Shown: piece after piece, positions 11,901-26,900 of the stretch
Layout: the number at the start of each line of letters is the position of its first letter
How positions within the stretch are numbered: position 1 is the stretch's first letter
Origin: Schmidtea nova
Taxonomy: Eukaryota
Direction: 5' to 3'
Assembly: GCA_044892505.1 (NCBI GenBank)
Contig: CM097882.1
Location: 25,482,001-25,546,000 of the forward strand
Length of the DNA: 64,000 bases
Translations under genes and position numbers: made by a program
The notes under the pieces: generated by a model
Told to the model about the DNA's origin: nothing
What the model saw: the letters and a program-made list of their open reading frames with translations, nothing else
Databases searched by the model: none

Positions 11901-14900
11901 ATATAAAGTGCAATATAATGTGATTTAATCAATAAACAAATATAATTAAAAAATATTGATTAATATTAAAGTAAAATTTATATTAAGTGCAATATAATGT
12001 GATTTAATCAATAAACATATAGAATTGAAAAATATTGATTTATAATTCAAATACAAAGAATATAAAATAACATTAGACAAAAAAGCAAAAATACTTACTG
12101 GATTTTTTATACAATAATAAATCTGCGACTTCTTTTATATTTTGTTTCTTTTCTTCTTTGTATTTGGAAACCAACTGTTCCGCCTTTACTTTTAAAGACG
12201 CCAGTCTGTCAATGAGAAGATGATAAAGTCGAATAAACACATACCTAACACAATGTCGAATTCTTAGTAACTTATCTCTGTCCAAAAAGTCAATAAATTA
12301 CCATTGCTTGTTTCCCACAAATAATTTATAATGATTTTCTTTGTCGGCATTATTTTTAGTACGAGAACAAGAAGACGCATCCAAATGACAATTATTTCCA
12401 TTTACAGAGTCTTCTTCATCATCTGAAACATTGAATCGTTCATCGATGAAAATATCTTGCATAGTTATTCGCATCTGAACGACAAAAACAGGACGATAAG
12501 AGATTTTCCTTTATTTGTAATTAATTTCCTTTACCAGTATTTTCATATTTGTCTTATCATCTTTGCTAAAATTACTCTGGCGTTTCAGGTGATGTATCAC
12601 TAATGAGGCGGCATCCGATAACAGATCATACCAATCTAATTTATCGAATAAATACATTTTTTGTTGAAATGGGAAATCTAGAATGGATTTTGCATATTGC
12701 GAATCACATGGAAACAACAATAACATGTGGTAATCAGGCGAAGGCGAAATTTTATCATTATACTCAATTACTCCACCTGTACTGTAGGAAAGAGTTCCCC
12801 ATTTCTCGGGCTTTTCTAATTTCCAAGTACGTTTAGTATTTAATAATGATTCTATCAAGCAAGTAACCGAGCTTATATCTTGATAGTTAATAAGATGTAA
12901 CGGTTTAATCTAGAATAATATTAAAAAATGAACTTATGCAAAAGATTATTGAGAATATTCAGAATGCACGATAAGAACATGAGTGCAAATGAAACCTTTA
13001 ATTATTAGAAAGTTATCGGGTGTAAAGTTTTCGCATGAATGCTATTTATGATATGTTTTATAGACAATTTGAAAAAAAAATCATTGAGATCTGTAAATTT
13101 AAATGAAGTAGTGAGCATTTATTCTCCATGTGTAGTATAAAAATTCAAATTATCTCTTTTTAAAATGATGAAAATTTACAATGATATCTCATCTGAAATT
13201 CAAAAATTTAACATTTGGAAAATATTCGGTTATTGGAGATATTTTTAATAAAACAATTTATGATTTGTTAGATATAATTGAATCAGGTTTTATAAATTAC
13301 TGTATTTACCTTAAGCTTGTTGCAATTAAAAAAGTTAAAAACAATTTGAAAATCGATATTTTATTAGCAAAAATTGTTTTGATTATCTCATTTTTAGGGA
13401 AGAATTCTAATAAATTACCACTTTTTCAAATAAAATAAATAGTTTTCCAGTGGAATTTATATATATATATATATATATATATCAAATTTTTTTGTTAAAT
13501 AAGTACACAATATTCAAAAAGTACACACTTGATAAAGGCTGTGCCGAAATATTGTGTACTTATTTAAAGAAATTTTGATCTATAGTCATCCATTATGGGA
13601 ATTATTGATATTAATAATAAAAAAAGATCAAGTGAAAAAAAGATAATTATGATTATATATATAGTGTGTGTGTGTGTTTCTATTAAATAATTTTGATTTT
13701 ACAATGTCTACGAATCATTAAAATTTGTGCAATAAATCAAAACATGAATTAATAGAAGTATTATTTAATAAAATTGTACTAAGCTATTTGGTTAATCCAA
13801 AAAATATGATTTTAAAAATGAAATTAATTGGTGTTTTTACTTATCAATGTTGTCCATATGTAGTAATAAGATAAAGAATGCGTATTTAAATGGAATTTTC
13901 AAATAAGGTGTTATCTTCCTTGAGAATTAATGATTTACTATTCACAATACAATTTTGTATTTATAATGCCAACAATAGAAAGTGAAACTTATAAAAAAAC
14001 CTTAAGGGTAATTTTAATTTCTCAGTAAAAACAAGATTTATGAACTAAATACCAAATGATAACATCAATATATGACTTAACAATGTCAGAAGTTTAAAAA
14101 TATATTAGGTTTAGTCTTTATGAAAAATTTCTATTTGAACATTTCGTGTTTATATATATAATTGTTTAATTCTAGAATATTGAATTTAATTTCATGGCTT
14201 TTTGTTTGATTGTGTCACTTTTTTATTGAGAAGAATATTTTGATGTATTTAAAATATATTTATATTTTTAAGTGAATATCAGCCAATATAAAGCTCCTGT
14301 CTATCCTAATTTTGTTAATGCCGTTAATATCGAAGATCTTCCGTTGAATATAAGTCCAAAATATTTAAAATCATTCAAAATGCACGGGTTCACAGCATTC
14401 TGTACATTAATATTTGGATTCCAAGCTTTTATTAGCAACGCTTCATTATGATTATTGAGATTTTTTGACAATGCATTATTATTTTTTCTCTAATTGTGAT
14501 CACTAATATTCAGTCGACAATATTCAAGAACTTGAGTACAGAGATAACGGGCTGTATCTCCAACGTTTGTAGCATTACATCCATAACATGTAAATTGATA
14601 AACCAGATATGAATACAATCCAACCGGAATTTGCGACTTACTAACGAACATACTACTCACTTTGCACGAATTGGAAACAATCCTAAAGTTAAAACTGTTC
14701 AACTGCTTCCTTTAATAATCTTTAAACCCGTCTACACGAAAAAAAAGCAAGGAAAAAGAATTTAGGTAGATCCAATACTGCTATTCACTACATCATCCGA
14801 TTTACTATAAATCGATTATTTCTGGAAGGTGACAGGGAGTCCGTCGAAATATATAATACGAAGGTTATATTAGTGGAGCTTTTTTAAATAATAGTTCTCT

Positions 14901-17900
14901 TTGATTTGATTATCATTGAATATTTAAAAGAATTCATCAAAATGAAATGTAGAAACTTACAAATTTAAAGAATAAAAAAATGTTTTTTCTGATTTTTTAA
15001 AGTTTAATCTTAAATTAAATTAATTCATGACTTATTTTCCAAAGATAATAATTTACCCTGGACATCCTATATATATATATATATATGATTATACAATAAA
15101 TAAATTTGATCTATAGTCATCATTATGAGAATTATTGATTATATATATGTGTGTGTGTGTATGTGAATATGATTATACAATAATATGAGTGCGCATTTTA
15201 ATTTTTAAAAAAATATCTAATAAAAAAATCTAATAATAGAGAAATTAAATAATTTAAAAATTTTTAAAAATATTCGACATGTGTTATACCTTTACAATAC
15301 TATCTAATTGACACAATAATGCCTTCGGTCGTGTCACCACGGCATCTTTGGCTCTGAAATTTATAGCTTGATAATCTAAAGACTTCAATAAATATAAGTC
15401 TTGATCACGCCAATGTCTTCGAAATTGTTTAATTTTTTCTTTCCATTCTACATCTTTTTCTTTGAGTCGTTCAAGAACTATCGGAACTACGATAGCGGGA
15501 TGATTTTTTAATCCATTTATAATATCAACAGCTTTATCGCCATAAATCCTTAAAGCAATAAAAAGAAGTATAAAAATAACTTGATTTCAAAAATCGTAAA
15601 TTTTTTTATTGAATTATGAAAAATTTTCTTATTGGATAAAAAACTAATAAACTACTTTTCAACAGAGTTTGCAGGGTGATTGGAATTTTCGATCAAAATC
15701 CGAATACCAAAACTGGGATCCCATTTTTAATAGCTGTATTGCGAGGGGGGAATCTTTAATTTTGAATTAATACAATATCCCCGTAAAATTGAGAGTTCAT
15801 TCAATTGTCATCGGATTTTTATACAAAAAGTCGCTGATAATGCCCTCTCATAATCAACACTGGTAAGTATTATTGACTAGGTTGTTCTAAGGCACCAAGG
15901 CGCCCCCTTAGTCAATTTTGCACTTTTGGCAGTTTCATTTTTTAGTATTAAATAATTGAAAAAAAATAAATGTTTTTTATCTAACTCATTATTTTCGTTT
16001 TCCTTACCTTTAAAATTTAATTTACTTCTTAGTGTTGGATATGGAATAAAGAATTTGATTTGATGTTGATATGATATGAAGGAAAAATGGACGTTGTAAG
16101 GATCATCTTCAATGGAANNNNNNNNNNNNNNNNNNNNNNNNNNNNNNNNNNNNNNNNNNNNNNNNNNNNNNNNNNNNNNNNNNNNNNNNNNNNNNNNNNN
16201 NNNNNNNNNNNNNNNNNNNNNNNNNNNNNNNNNNNNNNNNNNNNNNNNNNNNNNNNNNNNNNNNNNNNNNNNNNNNNCAACGTATATATATGATATCAAT
16301 ATATATAGTTAATATGATAAAGATATGGAATATAATAATTAGCTACTTACTTTTCGATTTATTCGTAGATTTATGCTTTAAGCTTGTTTTTGTTCGTTGA
16401 AAAAAATTTTTTACATTTATTTAGAAATAATGATGATCACTATGATCTCCTTAACCAAGAAAAGCATAAGCTTGTCACACAAATATAATTTAATCGAGTG
16501 TGTGGAAGTTATAATTAGTTCCTGTATATCCAAGATCAATATAGTCATAAACTCTCTTCAAAAAATCCCCAAAAAGAAAAAATGTGGAAAACATTGAATA
16601 AAAAGTAATCGTAGTAAACTTTGAGAGTTCCGGAATCACAGATAAATAAATAAATAAACAGATAATGTAGGGTAAATATTATATTTATAAGAGAATATCG
16701 TATATTGATTGTAAATGCTTGCCTCTTATGCTTCCAGTTTCTAAATATCTTATTTCTTAAAAGTTTTTTTTATTTTCGAAACTTCATTTTCTTAACATTA
16801 CATTTTTAATTTACAGTTTATATTTTAACAGCAGTTCTTATCCTGCTTATTGCTCCCAATCTGGAATTTTATTATCTTCACTTTCAATTACAGAAGTTTC
16901 TGAAGACTGCAACTGTTTTAGGTTATCACAAAAGAGGCGTTCCTCTAAATTATCAAATAATTGTTAGTCTATTTTCAAAATCAAATTCTTCATCTTCGTC
17001 ACAGTCTTCTGGATCTTCTTGATTTTTGTTCTATAAGTTTTTTTGCTGATTATGCAATAGTTTTAAAAAGAAAACCAAAAGCTAAACATTAGTCATAAAT
17101 GAGGCTCCATCCGTTGTAATGCAAACGATGTTTTCGTTTAAAGAAAATCCGTTATCTTTGTTCTAATAAATACATTTATTAGCTGGTAGCGAGTCATGCA
17201 CATGAGCTAACTCCAGATTCCAAAAGGTATTTGCAAGCTAAATGTAGCGTTTACTTTTTATGGATACCTATTCATCAAATTTATGAATGAAACTCTATGT
17301 TACGTTCCCTCTATGTTACGCTAGATATGTACCCAAAAATTTTGAATGGCGCATACGAAATTTCATAATAATAATTTCTTTAAATACATAGAATGAAAAT
17401 AAAAATAAAGTATAAAAATATATTTAAAATATCTTTTTCGCGAAAAATTAATAGTCTTTAGCAGAATGAATTTAATTAAAGCAAAATATAGGAATAAATG
17501 ATAAGTCGGTCTTTTAGGGTGCTTATAAAGAATAAATTTCGACCTGGATAAAGTATACTAATATCGGAAAAACAATAGACAAGAGATAGAAAATAATTAA
17601 TTATGTAAAAGTTTTAAATTGTTTGTTATAATAATTGGCTCATTTTTATTAATTTTTTTCATATAAACCACTTTGGGAATCTAGTAAAAAAATCAAACAA
17701 CTTGGTAAGAGCATTATTACTCAATGAACATGTCAAAAATAGGATTTGAATATTTTACGACAATATTTTCCACTTCACCCTGCACTATATTTATTGGGAT
17801 CGATATTATGCACTTTATCGATAATATTAATTAATCTAAAAAATTTAGATAAATACCACAAATATTTAAAACATAAGTGTATTAAAAAGAGAATTAGATC

Positions 17901-20900
17901 GATATAAGCTCTTTATCAATATTATCAATAAATACAAAAATATAGGTAAACAGTACAAATATTTAAATAAAACATTAAAGTGAATTAAAAAGAGAATTAG
18001 ATCAATATTAGCACTATCAATAAATACAAAATATAGGTAAACAGTACAAATATTTAAATAAAGCATAAAAGAGAATTAAAAAGAGAATCAGATCAATATT
18101 AGCACTTTATCAATATTATCAATAAATACAAAATATAGGTAAACAGTACAAATATTTAAATAAAGCATAAAAGTGAATAAAAAAGAGAAATAGATCAATA
18201 TTAGCACTTTATCAATAAATACAAAATATAGGTAAACAGTACAAATATTAAAATAAAACATTAAAGAGAATTAAAAAGAGAATCAGATCAATATTAGCAC
18301 TTTATCAATATTATCAATAAATACAAAATATAGGTAAACAGTACAAATATTTAAATAAAACATAAAAGAGAATTAAAAAGAGAATCAGATCAATATTAGC
18401 ACTTTATCAATAAATACAAAATATAGGTAAACAGTACAAATATTAAAATAAAACATAAGTGAATTTAAAAGAGAATTAGATCAATATTAGCACTTTATCA
18501 ATATTATCAATAAATACAAAATATAGGTAAACAGTACAAATATTTAAATAAAACATAAGTGAATAAAAAGAGAATTAGATCAATATTAGCACTTTATCAA
18601 TATTATCAATATATACAAAATATAGGTAGTACAAATGCTTACCTTTGAATAGCCTTATTAAATAAAATTGAAGAGCTTCTATAAAGATTTTCTTCAAAAT
18701 TAAATTCATTTATTTGATCATGTGTCATTTCTTTCAATCTTATTTGCATATCAGCCAATCGAATCATAGCTGCTTTATTCATTTCCATTACCATATCGAT
18801 TTCATATCTTTCATCTTCAATTTTAAATACAGACTCTTCGAAAACCGTTTTCTTGGAAAACACAAATGGAGTATCTTCAGCTGACAATGATCGATGGCAA
18901 ATAAAATTGTAATTTAATACCTGGAAACGAAAAAAGTGCAAAAAATCAGAAAAATATTTAAAATTTAGAATCAAAAATATTTCTCACCTGTTTACAGATC
19001 TTATTTTTAGATTGAGCTACTGATCGAGGTTCAGTATATTCTTCTGGTAAAATACGATAATGCGAGCCACAAATTTCCAATTTACTTAATTCGACATTTT
19101 TTCTCCAGAATACATTTTTCGATAGCATAGAGTTGGAACCCGATATCAGATTCATATTGATGCTTGGTGCATTAATGCTTACATTCGATATGGAATTGCA
19201 ATCTTTGGTGTTGGAAATCGAAACAACAGGCTGGAAGATTATAATTTATTACAATGTGTGTGCGAGAGAGAAAGAAAATAAGCGAGAATTAGCAGATATT
19301 ATTTATAAAAAAGACGTATTATTCAAAAGTTGATTAAAAAGTTCTTAATTTTAATTTTTAAAATCCTATAAATTAAATTTAAGAATAATTTAATTTGAGA
19401 ATTATTAATCGACCTAAAAATATGTATCGGATAAAGAAGGAAGATATGGGAACAGTGGTTTTTAACGTGTTACATTCTATGAAATGGTATTTTGATACTA
19501 TATACCAGAGGTGCTCAAACTGCGGCGATTTGACATTTTTGTGGCTCAATAGTAAGTTGTAGCTGAAATTTTGAGAATTTTTTTCACAAGGCCTACGCTA
19601 ATGTAAGTAAACATAAATTTTTCATAAATAATTTAAAATAAATATTTTTTTTTAAAAATTAATTATTTGTTTTAAAAATAAATCTAAATTTAAGTTTAGA
19701 TTGAAAATCTTGCAGGTCTACAGCGTTTTACGATTTTCAAACATAGCTCCTCATACATAAAGCTTTGAGCACCCCTGCTGTATACTGAGTTATTTTCTTT
19801 CTTTTTTCTAAATCTTTGAGGAAGAAATACAATTTGGTGTTTTTGTTATATTGCAGAAACTGTAAAAAGCCTCGATCACGGAATTTACGATATCTCTCCT
19901 AAAAGTTATACAATTCGCAAAGGAAGAATCAAACAGGACTTAGCAAGCAACAGCTTTACAAGACAAATTCCAAACCACATGATAAACTCATTGCTGATCT
20001 TGAAAGAAAAGAAAAAATTGATAGACTTCCAGTAATTGTTTCTGGCAAGGAAGTTTACAGATTTCTTACTGGGGTCTACATCGACACAAAACAAATGGGT
20101 ACACTTTTCTAAGAACCTTCTATATTTTATGACCCGCAATATATCTAATTTATCAGGACGGATTGGAATCGGCGAGTGGCAGTCGGAAGTAATTCCGATA
20201 CATTTGGCGGCTCGTTTGAAAAGCCCGTTCAAAAAAGGCCGACCGGAAAGGCAAGACTTTTTCGGTAAGTTTCTCAAAATAGTCGCCAAATTTATAAAGC
20301 TTTGTTTTGACATTCTCGCTCATCAGTTGGACGATTCTCCAATTAATGATCTTAAAGATCCTGGTGTCAAATATTTAAAGACTTACCTACTAAAATGATG
20401 AAGTTTTGCAAAAAGATGTGATCGAACAGTTTGGAAAAGGAAAATCCTTATTATCTGACTCAAAAACAAGATGGAATAGCTTATTAACTAAACTGGAAAG
20501 ATTTTATGAGCCTAAAGATTGTATTCGTAAAAGCATTATCGATTTGAACCTAGATTTTGCATTTAATCAGTCTGAATTAAAATTATTGCACGATATTATA
20601 TCCGCTTTGCAGTCGGTAGAAGTTTCTGTTTAGGCTCTTTGCGAATCAGATATTAATTTACTTTTTGCAAATGTTGTATTAAAATTTATGTTAGATGAAT
20701 TAACTGTATCAAGCATCAAATTAAAAAGTGAACTTGTGTACAGAATACAAGAAAGAAGAGCAATTTATTAAAATGTTTTACAATTTCTACATAACCCAGA
20801 ACAAAAAAATCGCAATGATCACAGAATATTTAAATTACCTTCGATAACAACGATAACCAAATTAAATCTATATGAAGAGGAAAATGTAAATGAAGATGAT

Positions 20901-23900
20901 GCAAATCCTGATGAAGTTATTTTACATGAAGAATTACCGAGCGATACCTTTTTTTGTTCATTAAAAGCAAAAGTATATATAAAAAATGTATCAAAATCTT
21001 CATTGTAATGTGCGAAATGAAAGAGTAAATAAAAGCTCGAATTTACAAACTACGATTCGCAAAGAAATGAAAACTTTTTGCGAAGAAAACATTCGTGGTA
21101 AACTGTTAGAAATGGTTTACAAATATTTATAAACCATTCGTCCTACTAGTGTAGAGTCCGAGAGAGCGTTTTCAGCGGCAGGATTGTTTGCACGAGAATA
21201 AGGTCTAAGTTAGGGGACAAAAGTTTTGATACATTGTGTTTTTTTAAATCCTATTTTAATTCTAAAAAATATTTTAAATAAATGAATTATATTTTTTTCT
21301 GTTTATTGTCATATAACATTTTAATTTAATAAATGTAATGTAATAATTTAATTTAATAATTTATTTGATCTCCTCATTGAGAACGGGAAATCAGGAATTA
21401 AAACCGATTTTAAAAACAACCCCAGCAATATAGATTAAATAATGATTTAATAGTTAAATAAATAAATCCTAATAATTCAAATTCAAAAATAATAAATAAT
21501 AATTTAATAAATAAATAAAAATAAATAAAAATGATTAAATATTATTATTCAAAATTCATGGTAAAAATAAATAAATCCTAATAATTAAAATGTATAAAAA
21601 TAAATAATAATTTAATTAATAAATAAATAATTAATAAAAATGATTAAATACTATTATTCAAAATTCATGGTAAAAATAAATAAATCCTAATAATTAAAAT
21701 GTATAAAAATAAATAATAATTTAATTAATAAATAAATAATTAATAAAAATAAATAAAAATGATTAAATACTATTATTCAAAATTCATGGTAAAAATAAAT
21801 AAATCCTAATAATAAAAATTTATAAAAATAATAATAAATATAAATTAAATAAGATTTTAATTAAGATTTAATAAATAAATAAAAATAATTAAATATTAAT
21901 ATTAAAATTCATAATAAAAATAAATAAATCCTAATAATTAAAATTTATAAAAATAATAAAAATAAATTTAATAAAAATTTAATAAATATTTAATAAATAA
22001 ATAATAGCAATTTATAACTTAATTATTAATAATAAATTATAATAAATAAATATAAACTAAATAAATATTAATAAATGAATAATAATAAATATTAGTAAAT
22101 TATTGAAGTAAACCTTGTAATTGGTCTTCATTATCTTATTAAAAATATTTTATGTTAGAAAATTTAATTTAAATTTATATGTAAACTGTAAAATGAAGTA
22201 ATGTTAGTATTATATTAATATTTCTTTATCAGTGAATCTAAACAATTTGTAAGCATAATTAATTGTACAGCAATCAAACCCGGCTTACCGAATTAACAGT
22301 ACCAGTGTCATAAATAAAATTGGAATCTTTACTGGAATCAAGGGTGTAAATTTTATCATGATCATTGACCTTCTCTAAAAGATTAACGAAATTCTGCCAG
22401 ACTTCTGATCGTTTGGAGAATAAAGGTTTAACAGTGGATTTCAGTTGCTCAGCATTCATAATGCGCTTATTGAACAAATCAATCGTATTCACGAAACTGT
22501 AATAAGCGGATTCTGATGGCAATTCCAACAATTCTTGACACATAGCATTGATAACGTCAAAATGCCAAATTTTGGATAATTCGTGATTGTTTAATAAATT
22601 GATTTTAATGGCATCTCGATTGGATATCGCTGAACTAGCTGTTCTCAATCTCTTGGTCGGTGGGTGATTACTGGTACTTACCCTTCGGTCAGTGTTTAGA
22701 TCTTGAACCAAGTTACGTTTCGCAGTTTGAGATACAGGTGGAATAGAAACAGGCGGTATAGAGGTTGAAGCTGGTCGATAATAATCAGGTGCATTCTTTT
22801 CATTTGTATCATCAACAGTATCAATTTTGCTGACATTAACAACATTTTGGATTTTTGTCTTTTCATTGACAGGAATAATATTAGAAGGATTTATAGAATT
22901 AATATAATAATTTTGAGTTGAATTTGGAATAGATTTAAAGCCAGAAGATGAGCGACGGCCAGAACATAAATCATTGTCACTCTGAAAAAAGACAATAAAA
23001 TGTTTTGCTCAAAAATGAAAAAAAAATTATATATTGGAATTAATAAATGAAATGGCTGTTAAAGAAAAGTACAATTTGAACTGGTGTTATTTTTGAAAAG
23101 GCTTTTGTGTCGAGAATCAGAATGGAAAAGATAAAAAGGCTCCAAACTACAAATTTAAAACATAAAAGGATAGAAAAGAAGTTTTCTATTACGAATCCAC
23201 ATTCGTTTCCAATCATTTTAAACGCGGTTTTGAAATATAATAAAAGTATTGATTTATTTTTCAGGTTTCATTAAACTATCAAAATTTATTATCGACTTAT
23301 TCAATTCAATCAACTGAAAACATAATCTTAAATTTAGACATTTAAAGGATATAAATTGCATTTTTTAAATAAAATTTTCGAAATATGGATTAATTTTAAT
23401 GAGGTCCTTTTTAATAAAATTGACATAACAGCAAAATGTATANNNNNNNNNNNNNNNNNNNNNNNNNNNNNNNNNNNNNNNNNNNNNNNNNNNNNNNNNN
23501 NNNNNNNNNNNNNNNNNNNNNNNNNNNNNNNNNNNNNNNNNNNNNNNNNNNNNNNNNNNNNNNNNNNNNNNNNNNNNNNNNNNNNNNNNNNNNNNNNNNN
23601 NNNNNNNNNNNNNNNNNNNNNNNNNNNNNNNNNNNNNNNNNNNNNNNNNNNNNNNNNNNNNNNNNNNNNNNNNNNNNNNNNNNNNNNNNNNNNNNNNNNN
23701 NNNNNNNNNNNNNNNNNNNNNNNNNNNNNNTAATTAATAAAAATTAATGACTATAATAATAAATAATAATAACAACAAATATTATTAATATTATTCAATA
23801 ACTTTCATTTATCAACATTATTATGAAAAAAATTGATTTAAATAAAAAAAATCAAAGGTGAAACCAAAAAATTATTATAATTATAGGCGGTTTTGTAATG

Positions 23901-26900
23901 GCAATATAAGCTGATATAAAAATATTTTTAATATTATTTTTTTATTCATATAAACATCCTTTAGAAGTTTTATCAATTTTTTTTTGCTTTTTTAAGTTTG
24001 TTTCTTATTTTTATTATTACTGATCTTTATATAGAGTGTTCGGGATAAATTTGACATTTTTATAATTGATTTATAATAAAATTGATTTATATTTATAATC
24101 AACCCACACTACTCATCATTTAAAAGTTTGGACCCTTCTTCATTCATATACAAGATGTCAGAGAGGATAGATAACAGGAACCCACATGAATCGTGGAAGA
24201 GAATAACTTGCATCATGATGATTCGTGCCGTCCATCAAAATAGGGATATTATGACAACTGCCCAATGCTCCCTGAACACAGTAAAAACAATCAGGCATGA
24301 ACTAGAAACTTGCAATAGTGACTATGAGGCTGTAGCAAGAAGAAAGATCCATAACAGACGATCTGATTGCGTTCGTACAGCAGAATTCCTCAAAGATCTG
24401 CAGGAAAAGGTGTTGAAGAACCCTGGCATTGGAATTCGGGCTTTGTCACGTGAAATGAATGTTTCATCTTTCACTATGAAGCTTGCACTCAATAAAGACC
24501 TTCGCTACTACTCATACAAGCGCCGCAAAGGTCAGCTGCTCACAGAAAGGGCCCGTGAAAATCGTTTGATAAACGTGAAGAAACTTCTGAGCAAAGTGAA
24601 ACATCCTGCTGAACCACAAACAATCTGGTTCTTTTCCGATGAGAAAAACTTTTGCCAGGATCAAAAACACCACACCCAGAATAATAGATGCCTTGCATTT
24701 AGTCCCAAGGACAATCCTCGTGAAATGCAGGCTAAATTTCCCCAAACTGTGATGGTTTTCGGATGTGTGCCCTTTGAGGGTGATGTAATGCCTTTTACAG
24801 AGGGCCTCAGGTTGAATTCAGATGGCTACGTGGATTTGCTAAAAACTATAGTCAAGCCCTGGATAACAAAAGTAGTCAATAGTAGGCCGTATGAATGGTA
24901 GCAAGATTCGGCCCCTTGCCACACCTCATGGAAAAGTCATAAATGGTTGTCTGAAAATTTTTACGACTTCACCAGTCCAAATGTTTGGCCTCCTAACTCC
25001 CCAGACCTTAACCCTATGGATTATTTTGTATGGGGCGCTGTTGAAAAAGACACCAATTGTTGTGCCAGTAATACAAAAGCCCAGTTAATGGATAAAATTA
25101 AGGGTGTTTTTGATGCCCTTCCCATGGAGACTGTAGCATCAGCTTGTTCCAGGTTCCGAAGCAGGATTGAAGCTGTGATAGATGCTAATGGTGGTTATTT
25201 TGAGTGAAACTTGTTGATAGTATTGTAATTTCTGTTCCTGTTATTTTTTTTCAATTCATTAAATTTAGCAGTTACAAAGAAGATTTCCTTTTTACTTACG
25301 AAATTGTCAAATTTATCCCAAACACCCTGTATACGGATATTACAAGAACTGTTAATTATTGTCAATTTANNNNNNNNNNNNNNNNNNNNNNNNNNNNNNN
25401 NNNNNNNNNNNNNNNNNNNNNNNNNNNNNNNNNNNNNNNNNNNNNNNNNNNNNNNNNNNNNNNNNNNNNNNNNNNNNNNNNNNNNNNNNNNNNNNNNNNN
25501 NNNNNNNNNNNNNNNNNNNNNNNNNNNNNNNNNNNATTAAAAGATAGCAAAATAATCCTTTGCTGCGAAATATGTTTTATTAATCGAAAATTTTCGATTT
25601 TAATACTTTTCTTTAAGAATTGAAGAGGATTATTATATAATCGAAAATTTTCCATTAATAAAACATATTTCGCAGCAAAGGATTATTTTACTATCTATTA
25701 ATTTATTTATTAATTAATGNNNNNNNNNNNNNNNNNNNNNNNNNNNNNNNNNNNNNNNNNNNNNNNNNNNNNNNNNNNNNNNNNNNNNNNNNNNNNNNNN
25801 NNNNNNNNNNNNNNNNNNNNNNNNNNNNNNNNNNNNNNNNNNNNNNNNNNNNNNNNNNNNNNNNNNNNNNNNNNNNNNNNNNNNNNNNNNNNNNNNNNNN
25901 NNNNNNNNNNNNNNNNNNNNNNNNNNNNNNNNNNNNNNNNNNNNNNNNNNNNNNNNNNNNNNNNNNNNNNNNNNNNNNNNNNNNNNNNNNNNNNNNNNNN
26001 NNNNNNNNNNNNNNNNNNNNNNNNNNNNNNNNNNNNNNNNNNNNNNNNNNNNNNNNNNNNNNNNNNNNNNNNNNNAATAATAATATTATCATTATTTATT
26101 ATTATTAATTATTATAATAATTAATATTACCATAATCAAATTATCATTTGGCTTCACCTTTGATCTTTTTGCCTAATTCGATAATTTTCATTAATTTTTC
26201 AATTTTTTTGGTTGTTATGTCCACAATATTTCGGCACAGCCTTTATCAAATGTGTATTTATTTGATAAAGAATGTGCCGAAATATCGTGTACCTAACAAC
26301 CAAAAAATATTTTTATCTATAATACAATAATGCAATGATTTCCCTAGCAGATATGCATAATTATGAATAATAAGTCATTAAAAATGAATAGAAAAGAGAA
26401 ATTAACCAGATTATTTCCAAAACTGACCGAATCTGGTAAAAAAGTACTGAATTCCTGCAATAAATCTTGTTCATTATCAAACAGTTTTGCGACTTCTTGT
26501 GAAACCTCAGTTTCTGTTTGCTTTCGTTTGACTAAGTCGGGATTTTTTTGTTCTTTTTGATACCAATGCAATATTTCCAGAAACCTTTTGTAGACATCTG
26601 GCTGCTTTTGAAATCGATTCTAAAATCCAAATGTAATTAAATCCTAGTTGAAAAATCAATAAACTGATAAACTTTGATTTTATTAACATATTCAACTGCG
26701 TGATTGAATTCACTTGGGGTTTGAGATTGAGGAATACCGGGAGAAATAGATTTGAGTCCAATAATCGAGTTTCCTTTAATTAAGAATATAATTGAACGAA
26801 AATTATTTTCAGAAATAATTACATTCATTATATACTTTGAATAATTGAATAAAGTGAAAATAATGTTGGATTATCAAATAGAGGAAATTCAAAGATAAAG

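Noticed and set aside
15877-26124. ORFs containing long X runs (also 44973-46570)
   Set aside because: Artefacts of N-gaps.
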